A stretch of 64,000 nucleotides of DNA, taken from positions 71,165 through 135,164 of the forward strand of contig NMRA01000056.1 in assembly GCA_002633005.1 (NCBI GenBank), written 5' to 3'. This stretch comes from Phoronis australis (lineage: Eukaryota > Animalia > Phoronida). Below are positions 37,641 to 49,342 of the stretch, in pieces. The position numbers were made by a program, and so were the translations under genes. The notes below the pieces were generated by a model. That model was not told the origin of the DNA and searched no databases. It worked only from the letters and a program-made list of their open reading frames with translations. Positions within the stretch are counted from its first letter, which is position 1; each line of letters starts with the position of its first letter.

Positions 37641-40308
37641 AAGGTTCCTGATGTACAATAACATGCATTTTTAATGTAATTAAATTGATGAATAAAGTCT
37701 ATATCATCAGAAATCACATTTTTGTTACTCTTTCACAATGTTAATTCCTATTGGCTAACGCGTGTCTGACGTCACTGAGACTGTACCGTGGGTGAAGGCA
37801 ATAAGATAAATCAAGCTTATTATGTATATAGCTCATTGGGTGATAGCCTTGGTACAAAGCTGTATATAAATACACTTTGATACAAGTTTCACGGCGAGGT
37901 GACGAGCAGAACTACCCTGGCTGTGTGCAATTTCGGGGTCTACGGAAGAAATACACACAGTGGTACTACTAAGCTGTATTTTGAAGACAGTCTTCATACA
38001 GCTAGCTGGCTGGCTAATTGGGTGAATGTCTCTCGGCTACAGAACTGTGCTTGTGTGTATGATTCGTCTGTGATCTCGGCTCTGAAAAGTTTATAATACA
38101 AGTTTACTGCCGTGTACCGTTGACTATTAATGGAACGATGCCGTTCTCGGCATGGTCCAGGAAAGGACCCCAATTGCGTAGCCTTGCCTAATTGGTGCAA
38201 GCTGTATAGCAAATATACAGCAGCCGTTGCCCCGACGTGGGTAAAAACTGATCAAATAAAATCTGACACAAAATTAGTGTCATTAAACATTACAATCTTC
38301 CTTGAGTAAACTAAATTATTGACTGGTGTTGAAAAAATTGCCGGCGTTCTGCTGCTAAAATTTGGGTGCGCTCTTTAAGGTCGGCTTTCGGGGCCGTCAA
38401 CTGTTGCCTATATTGGCCAGTTTCGTTCCCCGAGTTGTTCTTCTTCCGTGCGATTGAACTGTTCTTCGAAGTTGTGAACAAATTATTAGAGCTGGTTTCA
38501 TTTCCTTACAAGTTTTTAGTATTTTAACTCTTTCAACTCCAAGTAACTGTCGGTCATTGTGTCCCTGTACCCCAAGTAAGTTTGCACACATGGGCTGAAC
38601 TGAGGTGCTTGTTTTCAAAATTCCATAGACAATCCATTTATCATTGAATTTCAAAGTGTGCCGACACACCAACATGTAGAGAACAGAATGAACTTTATCA
38701 CGAACAATTTCACCAAAATTAAAAAGTCTCACTCTGATCTCTCAGGTGATGCAAGTAAGTAACACCTGAAACGCCGGTGTTTGTTTGCCAATTTGCCAAT
38801 TCAATGTATCGTTTAAAGAATAAAAATGGTTTATGAGTAACAGTGTCGTCAATATTCTTCATGCAGTACCATTTCTTAAGATACATTTTCGATCATATTT
38901 CACATCTTCTATTTATAACATTTGAAGGCCACAGAGTGATTTAAATTCGGCGATCGTTAAGTTCAACGATTCAAATTTGTCCACTTGCGGTTGAGACTCA
39001 CACCTCGTTTGGGCATTCAAATTAATTACCCTGACTATTTCACCAAATATTTCATCGATATAGAAATTTTGAAAGTACTCAACTTGCTTATCAGAACCAT
39101 CGTACACTCTAGAAGACTCCACATGTTCAGAAACTTTGCGAAGTCGGTTGACGGAGTTCAACGGCGTTTGTTTGACCCAATTGCAAAATTCGCGACCTTT
39201 AAAGTTTTCCTCTGGTTCTGGATTCAACTTTTTTGTCATAATAGTCAACAAACTCTGGCCAGATACATAAGAATTCCTTTTTGGGTTATCTTGTATATTA
39301 ATTAAGTAAAAAAGCATACAAATTATTGCCAATTTTGTCATTTGAAAAGTCTACGTCTGAATCACTGTCGGCCGACATTTTGTTTTTGCAAGTCATCGAT
39401 TTAAATTCTTGGAAAAGCCCCTTCAATAACTCACGTTACATCTCAAAGGTACGTCTATATTTAAATTTGTGACTTGCACAAAAGAATTCCCCTAATCAAC
39501 CAATCAAATATACTGTTGCTTGAAGTTCGGCATGTCATGAGACCGATAAAGCGGTCCACGGTGTTGAATGGAGGTTCACAGTTTCTGAGACCGGTCAAGC
39601 GGCCTGTGGAGTTGAAAGGGTTTATTAATACCAGGAAGCTGAACTGCTCCTGCGAAGCTGTCATCATTTCTTGACAGTTGTCACAAAATTTTAGGAAATA
39701 GCGTGTGTTGAGCGTATTGTTTTCTTTGTTACAAAAGGCTGAGAATTATGAAGTAAAATAACATTTACTAGATTGTTTTTCACTTAAAAGGGCTCCAGCG
39801 GGCATAAGGTGAGTGTCGGTTGACACCCAGTTATATGCACGCTCCCCGGCCGGTTTAGAGCTGTACTCACGACGAGGTGACGAGCAGAACTACAAAGGCT
39901 ATGTGAAATTTCCAAGTCTTAACAGAGCTCAGCTCACAGTACTACTGGTATCTAGTTGTATTTTGAAGATAGTCTTCACAGCTAGCTAGGCTGGCGAGGG
40001 CCTGTGATTAATCAAAGTCACAGGAACGAAAAACGGAAAAGGATATGTCAGTTTGCACATGTTGACCTGTCGGCTGGACTACGTACTCCCACGGCTAATT
40101 TCACTCCTGGCTCATTTTGATGTACAGCCTCAGTGACGTCGTGAAAAACAGCGCTTGCAGTAGGGCTTAACGGAACTAACAAATTTTTATTTTTCAAAGT
40201 AAAAAAGAAAAATACTGTGCACTATTTAGGAATATGTGGATTTCATAACCAACCTTTATACTTTCAAAATTCATATTAAAATGCTGAAACATGTAGTTCA
40301 GGCCTCTT
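37641..40308. mobile_element. Old TTAA-flanked (Kolobok-like) composite element
   Basis: TTAA at 37637-37640 and 40309-40312. Degenerate long TIRs (AAG..CCTGA..TACA..GCATTTTAAT) and an inner 18/19 inverted pair GACGTCACTGAGRCTGTAC at 37768-37786 / 40122-40140. Confidence 0.5.
38913..39225 (-). pseudogene. piggyBac transposase-derived remnant (N-terminal part of DDE_Tnp_1_7)
   Basis: 'VEYFQNFYIDEIFGEIVRVINLNAQ...LTIAEFKSLCGLQML' matches the PGBD pattern 'p.dyF.lFf..e....Iv..TN.yA...t..E...f.Gl.i.M'; the frame ends in a stop. Confidence 0.65.
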
Positions 40309-40336
40309 TTAACATGCATGACTCCAATGACCTTAA

Positions 40337-41833
40337 AGGTGAAGGCAACCTTTTTCATGTCATTTTTAGCAAAAATAAGGTTCGTTGCTTATCCCAGACA
40401 TATTTATCACTTAATTACAGCTTTTCGTAATTTGATTAATTACTCGTGCTCTACTCCGGAAGTGATGTTTTGGGAGGCAAGGATTTCGCACCAGTTTCTT
40501 TTCATATAGTCTGACTGTGAGAGCTGTTGAGTCAGTCATTGATCTACCTCGGTTGTGATAAGTTTGGTCGTCGTTTGCTTTTGTTTACAAAGTCGGACAA
40601 CATGCCAAACTGTTGCTGCGTACCGGGATGTACTCATTATCGTCTCATGCGCGCTTTGGGAATACCAGGCTTTGCATCGCTTTCCAAAGGATGACACACT
40701 TCGCCGAACTTGGCTCGCTCATGTGAAGAACGCAGCGTTACCCGTCAACGCAATGTTCAAAGCTGTGTGTGGCAAGCATTTTCTGCCGTCAGATTACGAG
40801 AAGGATATGTACGCTGAATTGATAAAGGTCCCCGCAAAACAACGCCTGAAGAAGGGTGTGATACCGTAGCTGTTGATTCCCGGCAGTGCTCTGTCGCTAC
40901 CCCGAGAAGTGTGTTTTTGAAGCGAGAAGCCTCGCGATCTATGGCCACTACAGTGACTGGAGACACTTCATCTACTGTCACCCGTGCCTCCGAAGGTACG
41001 GCCTCAGCATGCAATTCTGGGAACTAGCAGTGATTCGCCCTGTGCTGTTGTTTCTAACACACCTGTGAGCAGCCCTGCAGCGATGTTGAGTTTTGGGAGT
41101 GAATACACTCAGTTTGACACCCAGTGAAGAGGACAGTTCGTCGTCCAACGAACAGATCGGTGAGCCAAACTTTGGTAAGTTTATTGTGGACTTGTCTAAA
41201 GTATTGGAGCTATGTAAAAAGTGCCAGGTGTGTGGCGAGGGAGTCAGACTGCGGGACGTATTTAGCATTGTGGGTGCTCTGAGGTCACCATCCAGTGGGA
41301 GTGTGTTGCGGGACAGTGCGGCAAGTGGGACAGTTATGCCTGTGCATACTCTGCCTCATTATACTCGGGCTCAAACATACAAAGTATACCCACCCACTGA
41401 CTGTCCGTGAAAAAATTCCTCGTCACCACTGCTATATGAACAGTATCTCCGTTACTCACGTCACTGCTGTCACTGTGATATGAGTCGCCGACTCCAGTCA
41501 TTTTCAGATTATCAAACTAAAGAATCCCTAAATCCAACGTAATTGGGTTCTCTAACAACCTGGTTTGTCGTAGGAAACTTGTCGATGGGAAGTGGTGACA
41601 ACAATTTTAGAAAAACAGTCCGAAAACAAAAGTACTAAGTACAGATCCTCGCACTAAACTCAACGCAGAGCCAAATTGGCGCAAAATTCTTGCCTCACAA
41701 AACGTCACTTCCGGAGTAGAGGACGAGTAATTAATTAAATTACGAAAAATTACATTTAAGTGTAAAATGTATCTGGGATACCCAATAAACCTTATTGTTG
41801 CTAAAAATGACATGAAAAAGGTTGCCTTCGCCT
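40337..41833 (+). mobile_element. Kolobok DNA transposon, internally deleted (1497 bp), with ~160-bp TIRs and TTAA TSD
   Basis: TTAA|AGGTGAAGGCAACCTTTTTCATGTCATTTTTAGC...GCTAAAAATGACATGAAAAAGGTTGCCTTCGCCT|TTAA. Carries a THAP domain and a downstream 'KFIVDLSKVLELCKKCQVC' segment of the kind found before the DDE core of Kolobok-type transposases. Confidence 0.88.
40602..40869 (+). pseudogene. THAP zinc-finger domain of the Kolobok transposase (frameshifted, premature stop)
   Basis: MPNCCCVPGCTHY, then a 1-nt frameshift, then LHRFPKDDTLRRTW...VCGKHF...RLKKGVIP*: the C2CH THAP signature with an AVPTI-like box. Confidence 0.85.
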
Positions 41834-42759
41834 TTAACTCCACAGAGAACTGTTTTTCCACTGTAGATGCCACGAGAATAGCACTTTCAGAACTAATGCT
41901 ACACCAAGATTAGCCTAGGCGAGGTGCTAAGCAGCAAGTCAAGCCTATTCATAAAGACATGGCCTCGTTAACTGATCATATAAATCTTCCTTTGGAAGTA
42001 CTTTGTAAGTAATTGTTTCCACCTGATTAGGTTTTAATTGCATCCGAAACACAAAGGGTATCACTCAATGCTCTGTCTGCTGGTGAGTGGGATGTAATTT
42101 GTAAATGCAACTTATAAGTCATGAAATAATACATTTGCACATGACCATCCACTCCAACCACTGTCAAGTGGGGATGCTATCTTAGAGGATACCCCATTCA
42201 AGAATCTTAACTTTTCTAGGACCACTTACGGTAGCAGCTATGAATCTGATCTCGGACAAGCTGAGGTTTCTGCATTTGGAATAAACTACTTATTCTGAGC
42301 CAAGTTGTAGTGCATGAGGTCTCAAGTTCATAAATCACCTCTAGTTTGAAGTTATAACAATTTGAGACCAATTTCATAACTTTGAATGGTCTAAATTGAA
42401 AATTAGTTATAGTGTGTCGGAGTTAGCTCTAACTTTCAAGAGTACATACCACTATCAAGATTTCCCACTGACATGGACACTTCGGTGTTCAGGGGAGCCT
42501 CGGTCAGTGAAAGTGCTTACTGTAAATGGGTCAAACTTTACAACTCAAGTTTACTTTGCAGTAAACAGGAGGATTGAACAGCGACATGTCGCTACAGTGA
42601 GAGTGTCCGTCCAAGTTATCGGCAGGTGTCACTACTGAGACAATGAGGAAGGTTATATTACACCACCTTGCTGTAACTTTGAAGATGATAGCGCCACCTA
42701 GCGATATCTCCAACGTCTGTAAACTACCGAAGCTGAATAGAAATGGGTAATGGTCTAAT

Positions 42760-42841
42760 ATAACATGCCCAAATTTTGAGAACCAGTTTTCTCCACTGTA
42801 TAACGGGCATCAAACTGGTTCTCAAAATATGGGCAGGTTAT
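42760..42841. mobile_element. 80-bp hairpin MITE family B, copy 2 (different outer arms)
   Basis: Core ATTTTGAGAACCAGTTT...AAACTGGTTCTCAAAAT with outer arms ATAACATGCCC / GGGCAGGTTAT. Confidence 0.75.
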
Positions 42842-45800
42842 GTCAGTCTAATTGCCTAAGAATGTTCAAGTTCACTGGTGCAGCTTACACTGAGACTTCG
42901 AAGTTAATACCGGATTTAACTTGAAAGAAATAAGCCTTTAATTTCCTGATTGTTATCGAGAGTCAGTCACTGCGTTATCCCAACAGTAGGATATTAGGCG
43001 AGATCTGAGAGCCACTTCTTATTTATTAGTTTGCTGATTGGCTGTGAATTGCAGTTGAATTGGTCGGCTTTTCGGTTAACAAAGAAAGAGCAATCATTTT
43101 ATCAGCAATAAATGGAATATCAATGTAGGCGATAGAAATACTGCTGACAGTTTAAATAGCGAGTAATTGACAGGTTCAATGACTCTCACGTCACCACGTG
43201 TTGCTAATTAAGATTCATATTCATGAGAAAGGAAGAACCCTTAGTTATTAAATTTTTGAAACACACAGAATGATGAACAGTATAAGATGTTTTTCACATT
43301 TAGGAGAAGAGCTACTTTGCATTATTTTCAACTTTGCAGAAGAATGAGGATCTGTTCAGCATACATTAATGGAGGAAAAATGAACATTTATTATTCTGCC
43401 GTCTAAACAAAAACATATCTACAATCTCCTTTATTACATCTATAAGTTGCAGATGCATCAAATGATTTGCGGCAAAATTGAGCAAATGTAGCAAACTTAC
43501 TGTTGGCTTTTCAAAAGCTGAAGACTGTGCTGAGGTTAGCCCGTGGATGTCGTAGGCCTTTGCTCATGAAGTCAAGGTTTTGTAGGACCCTAGAAAAATA
43601 TCTGAGTTTGGTTAATTTTGTTACGTCGTATCTCAGAAATGGCCAATAGGATTCATGTGAACCTTTGAGATACTATGCTTTTTACACTGTTCTCTGAAAC
43701 GGACTCGGATGTGAGGGATTGTTTTCAAAGTCATACACTTTTCCAGAGGGGCTATCAAAGATGGATTTTTACAAAAAAAGTACCATAAGTGCATAAAACG
43801 AGAAGTAAATGATAATTTAGAAAACTGTAACAGCATTTTTGAAATTTCATTTTGAAAATTGAAAGGAAATTTTGTCATGTGATATGAAGTTGCTGTGAAT
43901 GCATCTTGAATGCATGTTTATTTTTATTAATTGCTAAATTTTATTAAGGGACATGGCCAATCATGTCAATGGCAGGTTAATACAAATGCAATAATCAAAT
44001 TCTAAAGACTTTCAGAAAATGTTTACTTTTACTTAGTTACATTCTGTAGTTTTGTAGATATTTAGCTGGGATGTCAGGACTTCAGGTTGTCCATAGTGAT
44101 AGATTAACGTTAATGTAAATATGGAAAAGTCTCTACATGAGTGTTGGTGGATGTGACGCACTAGCAGTGGGTATTCTCATACGTTACACTCGTGTCCCTG
44201 GAGCTAAGAAACTTTTAATTAACGTCACATTTCTTCTATTTTCTTGTATTTGGGATATGTAAATTCAAGTTTGTGGTATGTAGTGCTATACAGGAAAGTT
44301 AATTAATAATAATCACAATTTTGTTTGTCACTTGTCACAACAAGGTAAATGGTGGTTTTAAGCATATGATTAAGCAGGTGTAAAGCCACTTCCCATGAGA
44401 AAAATTTAGGCCACTTATCAGTATGAATCGGAATTAAAATTTTCCTGTATGAGAGGAGTGTCGATGTAAATTGCGGAGTTAGTTGAACCGTTTGTACTGG
44501 CTTCGGTAGTTAACGGACGTCGAAGTAAACAATAGGTGAGGGTGAAATAATCATTTAATGGCAGTGGATTCTGCTGGAAGATGCGATGAGGCCGAAGTTG
44601 ACCTCTCATACCGTGCTGAGACGTCGAGCAGATCCGCCAATAAATCCACCTGCTTACTGCGAAGTGCTGTTATTTACTTTGATATACCTGAGTGCAACAC
44701 CCCAAAACATCGATGTGTAGATGTTAGTATGAAAGGGTCTTTAAGTCAAAATACATGTGATTTCTGTGCTGTGAAAGAATTACTGACTGCTTGGTATTGC
44801 TGGAGATTAGCCGCTGTGATATTTGAGTTGTCACGTCGTGTCATTTTGTTCCGTAAACATTGTTTCAAGCAACAGAACTCGCAGTTCTTTATGCAAGGTC
44901 AGGAATTTGACTTAAGGAACAAGCTGTCAATCTAAGTCAAAAGTTTCTTTGACAAAACACCGGTTTATTACCAATTTACCATAATATAAATTGTTCTTTC
45001 TTGTCTGAAAATGTAAGAAAGGCTGTTTTATTATACACAACTAATTTCCATGTCTTGGATTTGCTGAAACTTTGATACTGTCAAGTCAATTGAGAATGTC
45101 ATGGTTACTTTGCTGAAGAGTTTTTTTTAAATACCAATCCATGACTCTAAATCTGTTTTCACTATATAAGAAACATATAAACAGTGTAGTTAACTGTGGC
45201 ATGTTTATTTATGTTGCCTGCAATTAATTCCCCAAGGTGTCATCTGGGGGTGCCAAATGTTTGGTTGCAGTCCAGGAATTTCCCAGTTTAAAATTAATAA
45301 GGTTTCTGTTCACAAATTGCACTAGTGCATGTAGCTCAATTCAACTCATTGAAGTTCTTGGGAAATGCTAAGCATCTAATGTGAAACCTGACCCTGACTA
45401 ATTTTGAAGCCTGTACCTCATTGCTTAACGAAAAATGCGGCCCGCCCGCATCATCATCTGCGTATTTCTTTTTTCTTTTTCTTTTTTATGCATTCACATG
45501 TTCGTCTAGTGTCCGTTGCCCTATCTCCAAAACCTCTTGATCAATGTTCTTGAAATTTTGCAAACATCACACTAAAGATTCACTAAAGATATTATGAGTC
45601 TTCCAGTTCAATAGTCAAATCATGTGGACAATTATACCTTAGTGAAACTTGATATTGCCTGAGCACACCTGTACCCTTCTACAGAATATGATGGAATCCA
45701 GGCTGTGCAAGGCCTCTTAAATCTACCTCCAGAGAGGGATTTTTAACAGAAATCCAAATTGTCTTAACAAGACCATGCTAGAACCAGTTATCCTTGTCAA

Positions 45801-46496
45801 TAATTTTCATATTTTCAGTCAAGAATTCATGTCCTATCACACTGAAATGTTCATAGATTGGTGACCAATTGTGATATTGTCCCCAGGGTTGAGACATCCG
45901 TTTATGAACATGCAAGTTTTGTGTGAAATTCATGTTTGTCAAAAATTGTGTTTTTTTTATTAAAAACAACCATGTTGTTACGAAGATTTGGGCATTCCTT
46001 TCATGCACATAATGGGATTTTGTGGTCATGAAGGATATATAATTTTATGGGTTAGTTTCAATACTCAAAACTGACAAAAACATGAATTATGTAATTTAGG
46101 TAAGCTTATAAAATCAGTCTCATAATATTCCGTACTACCGTAGGATTTTATTTCCATTAGCTTCAAGAACATTGGAACCGTGGGTGCGAAGAAAGTGCTT
46201 TGAGAGTTTGTTGGAGTTTGCACATTTAAAAGTGGAACATGTGCAATGTGACTTGAGTTGTCCAATCATTCACCAACAATTCAATGTGATACAGCTTTTA
46301 ACCTCAAACTGCTTCATTTAAGAATTCAACATTGACAGCTTTTAGAGTGGTTAAATCCTTCTTTGAGGTTATTTAGGACCTTGTTGACAAGTCTGTATTT
46401 ACTCTCCAAATATCTAAAAAAAATTAGATTTTAACTCTGTTAAAGTAGAAACCCTGAGGACTTTGATTTTTGACTTTTAACCAATTGGACAGGAAG

Positions 46497-46565
46497 TGGT
46501 TTGGCCAAGTGGAATAATTGTCTGCTTCCCTTACTCAACGTGGTGGGTTCGAGTTGCACTAGAGA
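46497..46565 (+). repeat. Possible degenerate tRNA-derived SINE head
   Basis: A-box-like TGGCCAAGTGG and B-box-like GGGTTCGAG at plausible spacing; no cloverleaf. Confidence 0.3.
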
Positions 46566-49008
46566 AACACTGCTAGACCCTTGAGTGATGCAAAAGTGTG
46601 GAGCATTTTAAAAGCAATTTCAAACAAGGTTTTGGACATCAGTACATATCGCATAGTATTTGAAAGTTTCATTAAGGAATCCATTCAATCATTTCTAAGG
46701 TGTGATATTCCGAAATTAAGCCAAATTTGAATGTTTTTCTAGGGTCCTTGTATCTTATGAACTATATCTCTCAGTGGTAGTGAAGGTTGCCTACCATGTT
46801 ATTTGCAATAAATATTGGATTAAGTTTGGAAATGTAAACCTATTGGGGGAGGGATTTGTTGAACGCATGGTAAAAATGCTCTAGTTTGTCCCTGGCTCTT
46901 CCTGAATTTAGGACACAAATTGCAAGCTAAATTTTCTTGATTCTGAAAATTGGAAGATGAGCAAATTTCGCATTCAGCATATTTCTCAGATATTGGACAA
47001 TTTGCTTTGTGTCAAGAGTGCAAACAAGATTTACAGGTTCATAAAATCATCAAAAAAATAGCCAACAACGCAACGCTTTCATGTGTCCCCATGTGTTAGA
47101 TCAAGATGAGTGATCATTTGTTGTTGATCTTATTCTTTGAATTGAGTATGGCTACTATTGCTTACTTATAAATCTTGGTACATTAGCTACAACTTTGATC
47201 AAAATAATTAATTTTCATTGTCCTAAACTGGAGAATTTTTACATTAGCTTTTTATACTGAAAGTAGCGCTGAATATTGTGAATGGTCCCCAACGTTAATT
47301 TAGAAGTCTGCAAGCATACCAGCTGAATGCTTAACAAATTTTTTACTTTAAATAAATATTTCCCAGTGTCTAGATGTGAACATTTTTTGTACACTTTTGG
47401 TGTTTGGTGGGTTGGAAAAAGAATTAGTTTTTCCCGCTCGTTAAAGTAGTGCCTAATATCACGACCGATCCCTAACAACATAGAATCCTGCAATATTTGA
47501 CCAGCTGAGTGTTTTAGGGGTACTCGTGGTTTTAAACCTTTATTGCACTTCATTGCTGAATCAAAGTGTCCTGTTTTGTATTTTTATTGAACATGTGAAA
47601 TCAATGGGATTAGAAAATGAAATAAAAAGAACAAAAATCAATCTTCATATAGAATATTGAAACGTTAAAATAGGTCAGGAAGTTCATTTTTGTTTTGTGT
47701 CTACCGTATTGTTGCACCATCTAAACTGAGCAGAATGACTAAGGTCTCGAGTTATTTGAGATTTACTGATGACTAAGTTATACAACCAGGACATTTCTTA
47801 GGCTGCAGCAGTCATTTTTAGTACACTTCAATAACAACATGACAGTGTACCACTGTCAATTGTATGCTTTAAGAAGAATAATGTAGACAACTGACCATTT
47901 TAACTCTCATCAAAATTGACGAAATTAAACTGTTAGCCATCTGAATTTTTGAAATCGGGGCACTGTGGTGATTTATATCCTGTTCACAACAAAGCGGTTA
48001 CAAGTTTAAAAACTGTGTAAAGGTTATACGTAACCCACTTCCTGAACATGGTTCAGTTTAAATGTTGTAACTATAGCGTGGTTAAGCCTCAGTGTCATAT
48101 CCAAGTTTTTCATTACTGCCAGCTATCAACAGCTGCATGTAAGGGGGTTTAAAGAGAACAGAAATCTGACTCAGAAATTTACTGATCAGTCTAGCATTAT
48201 TCATCGTAAATGGTTGGAGATGTTTATTACTCTTGAATTCATTAGCTCCACGGTATGATTCAGAATGCCACCTGGTGTTTAAATCTGAGAACTTAGGGTA
48301 ACTCTCTGGTGTCGCCGGTCAATGGTAAGTGGAGTTGCGGTGGAGTTGTGATAGACCGCAGTTCCTCGTTGCGGTGTTGGTGGGAAAGCGCCATAAATTG
48401 AAAGATTGTTTCTTTGACGGAAGGTGGAAAGTGTGTTGAAAGCCTTGGGAAATTAATTTTCTGCTAACAAAATTCCTCAATCTCCAGCTTATAAAATACA
48501 GATAATTGAAGTGAGAATCCTATATGAATGACCAATCTAACCTAATGTGAATGGACAATGCAGAAAACACTTAATGTAGATTGGAAATCTCTTGGTCAGT
48601 TTTCTAGACATGCATTTGTTGATTAGTGGCTGTGCTCCATTAATTAGGCAGATTGATTTGTCATTTGTCTCATATTCGTTATTGATTGTAAAATTCATTT
48701 CACAATTGTCTGTGAAACAAGTCGAACCTGTTGGTCAAAGTAAAATTAATGTTCTTGTGACAGTCTTTAAACGCCTTCGTTTGGCAGAACAAGTGGTTAA
48801 ACTGAGGAGCTAAGGAATCTCTGGGTGCTAAACCAAAGACATTTTAGAAAGCTTGGAAGCTATAACACTGCTACAATAACCTCTCATTCTGTCAACAGAC
48901 TGTGATTGAATTCTTGGTTTGGACCTATTAGTCACTTACAGTGGCCCCTAATTTTCTAATACTGAGTCACTCAGAGAGTCCCTCATTTTGTAAAACGTTA
49001 ATCTATCT

Positions 49009-49088
49009 CAGGGGTGCCACATTTTGAGAACCAGTTTTATCCACTGAATAGTTGGCATCTATCTGGTTCTCAAAATCTTAGATCCCTG
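49009..49088. mobile_element. 80-bp hairpin MITE family B, copy 3
   Basis: CAGGGGTGCCACATTTTGAGAACCAG...CTGGTTCTCAAAATCTTAGATCCCTG. Confidence 0.75.
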
Positions 49089-49158
49089 TACACGTAAAAC
49101 TAGTGTTCCTTTCACTGCAAAGACTTGACAGTTTGTTCAGTATTGCTTGAGTCTGAAA

Positions 49159-49342
49159 CTGAGTAATGTTGTGTTCACACCGGAGCTGTTACAACTTTTA
49201 AAGCTGGTTTAAAGCTTTTAACTCTTCTCAACATTTTAAAACAGGTCCTAAAGGTTGTAACTGTACCACGCTTATAGATCTCTCTAAGGGTGGTTTTCCG
49301 AGAGTTTTATACAAGTTTTAACTATTAGTGTGAACAACTCAG
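49159..49342. mobile_element. Probable small MITE
   Basis: CTGAGT..TGTTCACAC...GTGTGAACAACTCAG inverted ends with internal GTTACAA/TTGTAAC repeats; a related degenerate stretch lies near 47980-48080. Confidence 0.4.

Noticed and set aside
40318-41873. Two similar ORFs on opposite strands (40318-40509 and 41607-41873)
   Set aside because: Translations of the two Kolobok TIRs.
41959-42004. Short ATG-to-GTAAGT segment as a third alternative first exon
   Set aside because: Phase 1, incompatible with the two phase-2 exons; only 15 codons and no local GC signal.
44558-44935. 125-aa ORF (MAVDSAGRC...)
   Set aside because: No recognisable motif, and its 3' end runs into repeat-like sequence.
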